Source: a virus (taxonomy: Duplodnaviria > Caudoviricetes). Taken from it: a stretch of 39,256 nt of DNA. The notes under the pieces are model-generated. The model had not been told where the DNA came from. It did not search any database and saw only the letters and a list, made by a program, of their open reading frames with translations. The stretch is taken from the IMG/VR virus record IMGVR_UViG_3300011336_000149, positions 1-39,256 of that record; one strand, 5' to 3'. This document shows positions 1 to 7,047 of this stretch, in pieces (positions within the stretch are counted from its first letter, which is position 1; each line of letters begins with the position of its first letter). Position numbers and translations under genes: made by a program.

Positions 1-8
1 GGTGGGGG

Positions 9-64
9 AAGCAGCTATGCAACCACGCAACTATGTAGCCATGCAACTATGTAGCCATGCAACC
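9..64. repeat. Degenerate 8-bp tandem repeat (consensus ATGYARCY, about 7 units)
   Basis: aagcagct/atgcaacc/acgcaact/atgtagcc/atgcaact/atgtagcc/atgcaacc read directly at an 8-bp period. Confidence 0.85.
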
Positions 65-318
65 ATGTTCCAAATGTTCTGGGAATTTAGCACGGACTTG
101 GAACGTTCTAATTTTTTATCGGAACACCCGTCTAATCACGTCTTGTCATTTCTTAGCAATGTTCCAAAGCAAAAAGTCCCTTTAATAATAATAAAATAAT
201 ATATTTATATATATGTTCTCAGTGTTGTTCTGGTTTTTACAAAGTCACTCTGGGAAATTTTCTTTTTTAGTTTTTGGGGGAAGTTGTGGCAGGGCGCTTG
301 GGATCAAGCATATCGTTT

Positions 319-334
319 TTCCTACTTGGTAGGA
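319..334 (-). repeat. Dispersed palindrome copy 1, TTCCTAC-TTG-GTAGGA (opposite orientation to the other copies)
   Basis: Reverse complement reads aaaaatcctac-caa-gtaggaaaaacg, matching the copies at 2536 and 4022. Confidence 0.85.
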
Positions 335-362
335 TTTTTATTTCTTGGCTTTTATGGATTTT

Positions 363-508
363 CGTCTCTAGTACTCACTGAATTTCTGCCTACATTTTAA
401 GCACCACCCCTTGCCAAACTGCACGTTCCGATATACCACGCTATTACATTCCTTGCGTTCTGCGTTCTGTTCCAGTATAATTCCCGTCTCAGGTACACAC
501 TGAATTTC
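363..508 (+). repeat. 24-bp imperfect direct repeat pair (363-386 and 485-508)
   Basis: cgtctctagtactcactgaatttc vs cgtctcaggtacacactgaatttc, 21/24 identical. Confidence 0.8.
453..481 (+). promoter_or_regulatory. Putative sigma70 promoter for the 529 gene
   Basis: TTGCGT-N17-TATAAT. Confidence 0.6.
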
Positions 509-528
509 ACGGAACTTTGGAACACGAA

Positions 529-930
529 ATGAAACCCAACCTACTAGACCTTGACCTCGACCCTGAACTCATGCAATCCTTCGTTGAGCAAGTCAAGCAA
601 ACCAGCATGGCCAAAACCCCCGCCCAAATGCACGAACTGCAAGCCAAGCGCAAGGCAAATGTAAAAACATCTTTAAGGCAAACCCGAGATCAGCGTGCGT
701 TTGATGTTCGGGTTAAATCTTTGAAGCCAAACGAAGATGCCCTACGCAAGCTGCGTTCACTTGCAGTGGGTAATTATTTTGTCGTGCCTGCAACTGAGGC
801 TGTGGCCATACGCAACATGACCGCCCGTGAACTGCGAGATCGTGGCATCAAATACACCACCACCAAGTTTGTTTTTGGGCACTATGAGTACATCAAAGTG
901 CAGAGGTACAACCCCATACACGACAAGTAA
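529..930 (+). CDS. Hypothetical basic protein; C-terminal domain shared with the 6465 and 22027 proteins
   Basis: ORF 517-930, ATG at 529 preferred; downstream of a promoter; pattern LAVGNYFVVP...DRGIKY...IKVQR. Confidence 0.75.
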   Translation: MKPNLLDLDLDPELMQSFVEQVKQTSMAKTPAQMHELQAKRKANVKTSLRQTRDQRAFDVRVKSLKPNEDALRKLRSLAVGNYFVVPATEAVAIRNMTARELRDRGIKYTTTKFVFGHYEYIKVQRYNPIHDK

Positions 931-989
931 GCGTGTTCCAGAACACGAGGGTAAGTGATACGTTTGATGTTGTTTCATCATGTCTTGAC

Positions 990-1018
990 TTGACAAGCCC
1001 CTTTATGTATGGTACAAT
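990..1018 (+). promoter_or_regulatory. Strong sigma70 early promoter with extended -10
   Basis: TTGACA(990-995)-N17-TACAAT(1013-1018), with TG at 1010-1011. Confidence 0.85.
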
Positions 1019-1059
1019 GGCTTTAGCCATTTGGGAAATCGTGCCCATTCATTTTGGTT

Positions 1060-1077
1060 TTTCCTACCCGTAGGAAA
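1060..1077 (+). repeat. Dispersed palindrome copy 2, TTTCCTAC-CC-GTAGGAAA
   Basis: Perfect 8-bp inverted repeat with 2-nt spacer, about 35 nt downstream of the predicted TSS. Confidence 0.9.
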
Positions 1078-1622
1078 GTTCTTTAAAAACATATTAAGCG
1101 TATGTGCCCCAACACATACAGTAAACCGCCGCTCGGAACTAATGTTATACGAGAGACCCACAGGGGGAAAGCATTGCATCGTGTCACAACACCTGCTATG
1201 CCATGAACCCTTCCCTGCGTCTAAGAAGGCGTGCTGTACCCAGTCAGCATACTAGCGTGACTCAGCTAGTAGAAAAGCAAAACGATACTGCCTAAATGTG
1301 TGACTTGCTCTGTACCACAGTACAACAAGCCTAATGCAAGAGGTGCGTGCGAGAGTGGGAGTCTATTTATATTTGATGGGCGATTCAGCCTGATGATTTC
1401 CACCGAACGCAATGCCAATACTTGCAAGGGTTCGTGAACCAACTCAGTTGGGATATGCACGACCGACAAACACTATCGCAGTTAAAAAAACAGATGCCAA
1501 ACAAAGAGTAAGCACTACGCACTATGCCTGTGAAAACCCAGCCATTGTGTAAACAATACAACAAACAAGTTGTATGCAACTGGGAGGGGATACAAGTCCC
1601 CTCTTGGGTGTGTACCACACAC

Positions 1623-1641
1623 TTTCCTACCACGTAGGAAA
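1623..1641 (+). repeat. Dispersed palindrome copy 3, TTTCCTAC-CAC-GTAGGAAA
   Basis: Perfect inverted repeat about 25 nt upstream of the ATG at 1667. Confidence 0.9.
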
Positions 1642-1666
1642 AACTCAACTCGAAACGGAGAATGAA

Positions 1667-2137
1667 ATGAAAGTAGCTGAACTAATCCAAGCCCTGAGTG
1701 AGATGCCACAGGATATGCCTGTGCATTTTTGGGCGAAAGGCAAGCGCCAGAACATCATCGATGTATGCAATGTGGGTGACTGCATTGATATGTACGAAGA
1801 CGAAACCCAATGCTCAAACGTCACGGTTTACTTTGAAGCTGGGGCAGGGGCACACGAAGTAGCGCAGTTTGACAGCGAAGAAACATACATAGCTTGCTTC
1901 CCTGCACTGGAACAGTTGGCCATGCTCAAGGGTTACACCATCACTGAAAGCGTAGGGGAGGCAATGGCCGACCAAGAAAAGATTGAACTGTTAAGCGAGG
2001 CGTTAAACAACCTCACGCAATCTGCCGAGGCATACCTTGAAGATAGATCAACTTTTGCAACTGAAACACTGTCCGTGGACATTGACCACGCATGGGCTGT
2101 TCTCAATAAATTGCCCCCTAAATCTTGGAACCTATAA
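1667..2137 (+). CDS. Hypothetical early protein
   Basis: GGAG RBS before ATG 1667 (MKVAELIQALSEMPQDMPV, a common phage N-terminal pattern); acidic. Confidence 0.8.
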   Translation: MKVAELIQALSEMPQDMPVHFWAKGKRQNIIDVCNVGDCIDMYEDETQCSNVTVYFEAGAGAHEVAQFDSEETYIACFPALEQLAMLKGYTITESVGEAMADQEKIELLSEALNNLTQSAEAYLEDRSTFATETLSVDIDHAWAVLNKLPPKSWNL

Positions 2138-2146
2138 GGAAGCATC

Positions 2147-2317
2147 ATGAACTTAACATCAATCTTGTACGCCATTGGGTTCACCCTTGGCTTTTGCCTG
2201 TGCCTGTTCGCAGGCTGGGATGCTGATGGCAATGCCTTTCGTCAGGCGTTCCTTGTGTTCGCTGGGTTCTGCTTCGGTGGTATGGCAGTCATAGTTATTG
2301 AAGCCCTTGACGCATGA
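2147..2317 (+). CDS. Small membrane protein, two hydrophobic segments (56 aa, not in the ORF track)
   Basis: Hand translation MNLTSILYAIGFTLGFCLCLFAGWDADGNAFRQAFLVFAGFCFGGMAVIVIEALDA*; GAAG-rich upstream sequence; ATGA overlap with the next gene. Confidence 0.75.
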   Translation: MNLTSILYAIGFTLGFCLCLFAGWDADGNAFRQAFLVFAGFCFGGMAVIVIEALDA

Positions 2318-2532
2318 CCCACTACCACTTACCCATCTGCACCTGCTGTTATGCAGAACGGATACCACCTGCCCGATCTAAGTTGGGATACCGCACCTGT
2401 ATGACCTGCGGGGAAGCACAGGCCAAGGCACGCAAGCACACCATTGTGCCCATGCCCAAGAGTAACTACATCGTAGTAACAGATCGTTCACTGTTACTGA
2501 ACCTTAACTCATCACATAAGGGAGGCCGATAA
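2314..2532 (+). CDS. DksA/TraR-like C4 zinc-finger protein
   Basis: CTCC-x-AERIPPAR-x7-CMTC resembles the DksA/TraR C4 finger pattern CxxC..IPxxR..CxxC. Confidence 0.7.
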   Translation: MTHYHLPICTCCYAERIPPARSKLGYRTCMTCGEAQAKARKHTIVPMPKSNYIVVTDRSLLLNLNSSHKGGR

Positions 2533-2535
2533 AAA

Positions 2536-2552
2536 TTCCTACTGGGTAGGAA
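2536..2552 (+). repeat. Dispersed palindrome copy 4, TTCCTAC-TGG-GTAGGAA, followed by an 8-bp hairpin (2562-2583)
   Basis: 3 nt after the stop codon of the 2314 gene; second stem GTGGTGTG-ccgtct-CACACCAC. Confidence 0.9.
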
Positions 2553-2608
2553 AAACGGTTCGTGGTGTGCCGTCTCACACCACATCTTTGAAACTAAACG
2601 GAACCTAT

Positions 2609-4021
2609 ATGGAAACTACATATAACCCCAAGCAAATGCTCGACATCTTTTGGGAGGCAGCTCTCATCTTGAAACGTGGTGCGCCCAAATACCGCTGGTA
2701 CAACGCCGATGCTAAAGACTACTGGCACTCTTGCAACGACCCTTATGAATTGGTGCCTCGTATCACCACACTGGATCGTGACTACAGCCGTGCATGGCAT
2801 ATGCACCAGCAACAGCAACACGCCATCCATCCCGTGGTCATCAAGGCTATGGGCATGGCACGGCCTGACGATTGGCAACAACTGCTACTCGAATGGCCAC
2901 ACAAGGCACAGTCCGACCCATCACGCTTGGCATACACGGCCAACGAACGCAAGGGTGTTGACGACAAGCAAGCCATCACCACGATAGGCAAGTACCTGAC
3001 CAAGCACTTCAGCACACTGCCTGACCATGCGATACGTGACCTAGCTGCTTTGTGTGGCAAGGGTGAGTGCTTCATTGTGAACACCTCAGTGCAGATGATC
3101 CACCACCTAGAGCGTGGGCCGAAGTCTTGTATGCAGTGGGGTCAGAGCAATGTTGATGACCACCCGTACCAAACGTATGCACCCGAGCATGGATGGGGCT
3201 TGGCTGTGCGTACCATAGGCGGTGACACAGTAGGCCGTGCACTTGTGATAAAGAATGAAGGTGAGAAGTATTTTGTGCGTAGCTACTTCCGCAACGATGA
3301 CGGGTACTCAGGCCGTGACGATGTGCTCGAAGCGTGGCTCAGAGAAGAAGGCTATGAGCATCGTGGTGGTTGGAACTATGGGCAGAGGCTCAAGCACATT
3401 GACGACTGCAATGACTGTGGGTTTATTGCACCGTACCTTGATGGTTGCAATCAGCGTGTATCCATAGTGGGCAATACGCTTGTCATTGATGACGATGGTG
3501 AGTACGAGTGTTCCAACACCAATGGCGATGCTGATTCGGTGAACAGCGATGACTGCTCGGATTGTGGCGACCGTATCCGTTCGGGTGACGGCTATTGGGT
3601 GGGCTATCACGAAGACAACCTTGTGTGCTCAAGCTGTGAGGATGGCTATCGCCTAGGCTATGGCCGTAATGGGCGTGAGTATCGCTTCAGCGAAGAGGTT
3701 GCTGTGTATGTGGAGTCACGGGATAGCTACTTCCACACCGACTACCTTGACGACAACAACATCGTTTGGCTTGATAACGGTGAGTACGAACACGTCGATG
3801 AAGCGATTGAGATTGATGGCAACTACTACACCCAAGACGATGAGCGCATCTGCTTGTTCCAAGATACCCAAGAGTGGGGCTTGCAGTGTGACGGCTGGCA
3901 ATGCGTGGCTTCATGCGATTGGTACACCGACAGTGTCGAGTGTGTAGAGGTAGATGGTGAGAAGTATCACCCAAGCAATGCACCCGCCCCCGAAACTGAC
4001 ACTGAAACAAGTGGCGAATAA
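2609..4021 (+). CDS. Conserved phage hypothetical protein with SCM / GRAL / PYLD motifs and acidic Cys-rich (zinc-ribbon-like) C-terminal repeats
   Basis: Long ORF; ATG 2609 follows aaacggaac; CxxC pairs and D/E/Y-rich tail. Confidence 0.8.
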   Translation: METTYNPKQMLDIFWEAALILKRGAPKYRWYNADAKDYWHSCNDPYELVPRITTLDRDYSRAWHMHQQQQHAIHPVVIKAMGMARPDDWQQLLLEWPHKAQSDPSRLAYTANERKGVDDKQAITTIGKYLTKHFSTLPDHAIRDLAALCGKGECFIVNTSVQMIHHLERGPKSCMQWGQSNVDDHPYQTYAPEHGWGLAVRTIGGDTVGRALVIKNEGEKYFVRSYFRNDDGYSGRDDVLEAWLREEGYEHRGGWNYGQRLKHIDDCNDCGFIAPYLDGCNQRVSIVGNTLVIDDDGEYECSNTNGDADSVNSDDCSDCGDRIRSGDGYWVGYHEDNLVCSSCEDGYRLGYGRNGREYRFSEEVAVYVESRDSYFHTDYLDDNNIVWLDNGEYEHVDEAIEIDGNYYTQDDERICLFQDTQEWGLQCDGWQCVASCDWYTDSVECVEVDGEKYHPSNAPAPETDTETSGE

Positions 4022-4038
4022 TTCCTACCAAGTAGGAA
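4022..4038 (+). repeat. Dispersed palindrome copy 5, TTCCTAC-CAA-GTAGGAA
   Basis: Begins immediately after TAA (4019-4021); 21 nt before ATG 4060. Confidence 0.9.
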
Positions 4039-4059
4039 ACTTTTAACTTAAGAAACATT

Positions 4060-5154
4060 ATGAAAACTAAATCTATACTTTACAAAACTCTGACCCGTGC
4101 TCTTTCGATTGCACGGCCACACAACACAACTGCAACTGCGTACTTCACCCAGTGGCTTGAAGATCATGTGCCCAAACACCTGACCGATAAGGCATGGCGT
4201 GACGTGGCAGGCAACCTGCACGTAGATGCTCGCAGTCTTGGCACACACAAAACGCTGTTCGTTGCCCATGTGGATACGGTGCACAAGGAAGTGGCGCCCA
4301 ACAAGTTCACTAAGACTGCAACACACTGGCGTGCGGATGGTGCCCCTCTCGGTGCAGATGACGGTGCGGGCTGTGCCATGCTGATGCACATGATGTGTGC
4401 TGGTGTGCCTGCCTACTACGTGTTCACACAAGGCGAAGAGAAGGGCGGTATCGGTGCGACGCATCTGTTCGAGGAATACCCACAACTGCTCAGTGAATTC
4501 GACAGGGCGATTGCGTTCGACAGACGAGCGAACGACAGCATCATCACAGATCAGGCATACGGCAGATGCTGCTCTGATTCTTTTGCACAACATCTCAGCG
4601 ATGAACTCAACCTTGCTGACGATACGTTTTTCTACAGCCCTGATCCATCAGGTGTGTACACCGACACGGCAGAGTTCGTCACCGTGATACCCGAGTGCAC
4701 CAACATCAGCGTGGGCTACGACCGTGAGCACAGCAACGAGGAATCCCTTGATGTACTGCATTTCTATGCGCTGTCCAAAGCTGTACTGAAAGTCAAGTGG
4801 GATCAGCTACCCACCGAGCGTGAGCCGGGTGTGTATGAGCAAGAGAGCAAGTACTACTCAGGGTTCGGCAATGTATATGGCACAGGTATGTGGCAGTACG
4901 ACACGGCAGATGAGGAAGAGTACCGTGAGATGTTGTACGAAGCACTGTATGACGCAGAGTTCGGCAAGCCCCATGAGTTGCTGTACATGATCGGTGAAGC
5001 GGTGTACCCCGAAGACCCAGAGATGGCGGTCAAGCACATGGACAAACGATTGATTGACCACAAGCTGATCGACAGGGCTATGTACATGGCCAAGTCAGTA
5101 GATGTAGACACAGTACTGTGCACGCTGTTTGAAATGTTGCACACAACACACTGA
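4060..5154 (+). CDS. M28/M20-family zinc peptidase-like protein
   Basis: Metal-binding motifs AHVDTVH, LGADDGAG, GEEKG, AFDRR, YTD and NISVGY..EH. Confidence 0.88.
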   Translation: MKTKSILYKTLTRALSIARPHNTTATAYFTQWLEDHVPKHLTDKAWRDVAGNLHVDARSLGTHKTLFVAHVDTVHKEVAPNKFTKTATHWRADGAPLGADDGAGCAMLMHMMCAGVPAYYVFTQGEEKGGIGATHLFEEYPQLLSEFDRAIAFDRRANDSIITDQAYGRCCSDSFAQHLSDELNLADDTFFYSPDPSGVYTDTAEFVTVIPECTNISVGYDREHSNEESLDVLHFYALSKAVLKVKWDQLPTEREPGVYEQESKYYSGFGNVYGTGMWQYDTADEEEYREMLYEALYDAEFGKPHELLYMIGEAVYPEDPEMAVKHMDKRLIDHKLIDRAMYMAKSVDVDTVLCTLFEMLHTTH

Positions 5155-5164
5155 GGGAGGGACT

Positions 5165-5410
5165 ATGACCAAGACAGGGTGGCCTACGCCACCTTTGATG
5201 CAAGACGATAACCCACAACTGAGCCGATGGTTTGCAACTAGACCTGACGCTCGATATGTTTTTATAAGGAACAACCAAATGAAATACGTAGTAAGAAACC
5301 ACAACGGCACATTGCTCGGTGTATTTGATACCAAGCAGGAAGCTGAGAAAGATGCGCAAGAGTATATGTATGGGACAGGCAATGCTGCCTACATCGAGGA
5401 GGTGATATGA
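5165..5410 (+). CDS. Hypothetical protein
   Basis: GGGAGG RBS before ATG 5165; in-frame internal AAGGA-ATG at 5279. Confidence 0.7.
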   Translation: MTKTGWPTPPLMQDDNPQLSRWFATRPDARYVFIRNNQMKYVVRNHNGTLLGVFDTKQEAEKDAQEYMYGTGNAAYIEEVI

Positions 5411-5577
5411 AATACAAAATCGGAGTGGTCTTTTCATTCTTTCAAATGATTGAGGTGGAAGCCAACGACCTTGGAGAAGCCGAGCACACAGCGTTCTATC
5501 TGTTTGACAAAGATAAATCCACGATGGGTGACGGTGAAATATTCCACAGTGAACGCATTGAAGAGGTGACCAAATGA
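5407..5577 (+). CDS. Small hypothetical protein (56 aa, not in the track; DpnD/PcfM-like IEVEAxxxxEA pattern)
   Basis: MKYKIGVVFSFFQMIEVEANDLGEAEHTAF...; GGAGG RBS; ATGA overlaps on both sides. Confidence 0.75.
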   Translation: MKYKIGVVFSFFQMIEVEANDLGEAEHTAFYLFDKDKSTMGDGEIFHSERIEEVTK

Positions 5578-5867
5578 ATGGACTAGACGCACACTACGCC
5601 AACCTGTTGGCCGACCACCAACGGATGCTTGACGAGCAGGCACAGAAGGAAGAAGAACAGGATCAGGAAGAAGACCTGACATCTGAAGACATGGCATTCA
5701 TGAAGTCGTATCTACGTTGTGTAGCCGTGGGTACACGAGAAGATGTGATTCATTTTATGCGACCAACCAATAAGTACGTCATGCCTGACTACATCTTTGG
5801 GTCTATCAAAAATGCGTGGCTGGTATGGCAAGACGCATTGTCATTTGCAAGAAAGGATAAACCATGA
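5574..5867 (+). CDS. Hypothetical protein
   Basis: GAGG RBS, ATGA coupling. Confidence 0.75.
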   Translation: MNGLDAHYANLLADHQRMLDEQAQKEEEQDQEEDLTSEDMAFMKSYLRCVAVGTREDVIHFMRPTNKYVMPDYIFGSIKNAWLVWQDALSFARKDKP

Positions 5868-6145
5868 CCACACTTAAAGAGCAGATCATCACCCTGCTGG
5901 AAGAAAACCACCCTGCTGAACTCGAACGCCTGACAGGGGTAGACGACACAACGTGCAAGAAGGTTGTGCATCAACTGTACATGGAACGCTTTAATGACGC
6001 TGACTGTTGGGAACCTCAGAGATCAGGCGACATCTGGGTTATCTATGGCAAGACCACCGATGAGTGGATAGATGAAGACGGCAACTACCTAGGCTTCGAT
6101 ACCAAACGTGAAGCTATGGAATACATCAAGGAGACATTCAAATGA
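5864..6145 (+). CDS. Hypothetical protein
   Basis: AAGGA RBS, ATGA coupling. Confidence 0.8.
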   Translation: MTTLKEQIITLLEENHPAELERLTGVDDTTCKKVVHQLYMERFNDADCWEPQRSGDIWVIYGKTTDEWIDEDGNYLGFDTKREAMEYIKETFK

Positions 6146-6273
6146 CACCACAGGAACTATACGAACTGCTCGACAAGGCAGGGTTTGAATACGACATCGT
6201 CGAGATTTTTGAAGGCGTGCGTGTCTTGCGCATAGAAGTTGAAGACGGCCCCGAGGAGGACATCGAATGTTGA
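6142..6273 (+). CDS. Small acidic hypothetical protein (43 aa, not in the track)
   Basis: AAGGAG RBS; MTPQELYELLDKAGFEYDIVEIFEGVRVLRIEVEDGPEEDIEC*. Confidence 0.7.
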   Translation: MTPQELYELLDKAGFEYDIVEIFEGVRVLRIEVEDGPEEDIEC

Positions 6274-6356
6274 CACCTTGGGAAAAATTTGAACGTGTAC
6301 TTTTGCTCATTGCATTTATGGTACTCATGCTTGACCTATTTTATTGGAGGCCATGA
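6267..6356 (+). CDS. 29-aa single-TM membrane peptide (not in the track)
   Basis: GAGGAGG RBS; MLTPWEKFERVLLLIAFMVLMLDLFYWRP*. Confidence 0.7.
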   Translation: MLTPWEKFERVLLLIAFMVLMLDLFYWRP

Positions 6357-6377
6357 TGTAGATACTACAAACACAAT

Positions 6378-6420
6378 TTGACACAACGACCTTTATCATG
6401 TATACTTAACCTTGTTAAGT
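6378..6420 (+). promoter_or_regulatory. sigma70 promoter with overlapping palindrome (candidate operator)
   Basis: TTGACA(6378-6383)-N17-TATACT(6401-6406); ACTTAAC-ctt-GTTAAGT at 6404-6420. Confidence 0.8.
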
Positions 6421-6464
6421 CGAAAACTTAACTATCTTTTAACACAACGGAAACATAAACTATC

Positions 6465-6842
6465 ATGGATATAATCCTTAAGACCGCTAAAGATGCGACA
6501 CGTTTACTCAATGCTATTCGTGCCCAATACATCATCGTGTTACCTACGGGTGAACAGATCATCGAGGGTGATCTCAAACTTCATGTACCCGATGCCACCC
6601 CACCCAAGAAGAAGCGTGCGCAATCACGTAACCCGCTTGGATATTTGCGTGGTCACCTCATGCCCTACCTCAAGCCAATGAAGGTGGGTGATGTGTGTGT
6701 AATACCTATCCCTAACAACTCTGATGTGAAAGAGATTCAAGGCTCAGCCGCATCTATGTCTAATGTGCTGTGGGGTAAGGGTAACTACAAAACGATGCGT
6801 AACAACGAGACGGGGAACGTCGAAGTTCTCCGCATGGGCTGA
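6465..6842 (+). CDS. Hypothetical basic protein, possibly DNA-binding; domain shared with the 529 and 22027 proteins
   Basis: PKKKRA basic patch then MKVGDVCVIP...YKT...VEVLR. Confidence 0.8.
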   Translation: MDIILKTAKDATRLLNAIRAQYIIVLPTGEQIIEGDLKLHVPDATPPKKKRAQSRNPLGYLRGHLMPYLKPMKVGDVCVIPIPNNSDVKEIQGSAASMSNVLWGKGNYKTMRNNETGNVEVLRMG

Positions 6843-6859
6843 GAACTGGTGGCCTTCTT

Positions 6860-7027
6860 ATGAACACGACCAAACTTAAATTGGCTCGCAAACTTTGGTG
6901 CGTGGGGGAAGTTCCCCCGCACATCCAACGCCACAACATCCGTGCGTGGGTTCGTTCGGTTCGCTACCTCGGTAGCAACTGGATTTCCGTACGCAAGGTG
7001 GAGCGTCTCACCAATCCTTCAACTTAA
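6860..7027 (+). CDS. Small Arg/Trp-rich phage protein (55 aa, not in the track)
   Basis: MNTTKLKLARKLWCVGEVPPHIQRHNIRAWVRSVRYLGSNWISVRKVERLTNPST*; fills the intergenic gap. Confidence 0.7.
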   Translation: MNTTKLKLARKLWCVGEVPPHIQRHNIRAWVRSVRYLGSNWISVRKVERLTNPST

Positions 7028-7030
7028 TTT

Positions 7031-7047
7031 TTCCTACTAAGTAGGAA
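7031..7047 (+). repeat. Dispersed palindrome copy 6, TTCCTAC-TAA-GTAGGAA
   Basis: 3 nt after TAA (7025-7027); 20 nt before ATG 7068. Confidence 0.9.

Larger units (their letters stand above)
1025..1645 (+). ncRNA. Candidate large structured non-coding RNA or long 5' leader
   Basis: No credible ORF in an otherwise gene-dense genome; strong promoter upstream; many hairpins and an 11-bp long-range helix (1202-1212 with 1426-1436). Confidence 0.5.

Noticed and set aside
2-199. 65-aa ORF at the window start
   Set aside because: It is a translation of the 8-bp tandem repeat and AT tract, with no visible RBS or protein-like features.
457-472. Alphaproteobacterial LexA box (GTTC-N7-GTTC)
   Set aside because: The GTTC spacings here are N3, N1 and N8, not N7.
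1355-1410. Hammerhead ribozyme suggested by CTGATGA at 1390-1396
   Set aside because: No correctly placed GAAA core or stem III/NUH site could be built around it.
1031-1709. Short ORFs in the track (1031-1255 +; 1266-1469, 1385-1648 and 1515-1709 -)
   Set aside because: Non-ATG or RBS-less starts and atypical composition; three are antisense to the strong promoter. A small peptide cannot be strictly excluded.
319-7047. Palindrome copies as a CRISPR array, with the Cas4-like gene as a cas gene
   Set aside because: The copies are 0.5-3 kb apart with whole genes between them rather than 30-40-nt spacers. The Cas4-like nuclease sits in a normal phage replication module with no cas1, cas2 or effector.
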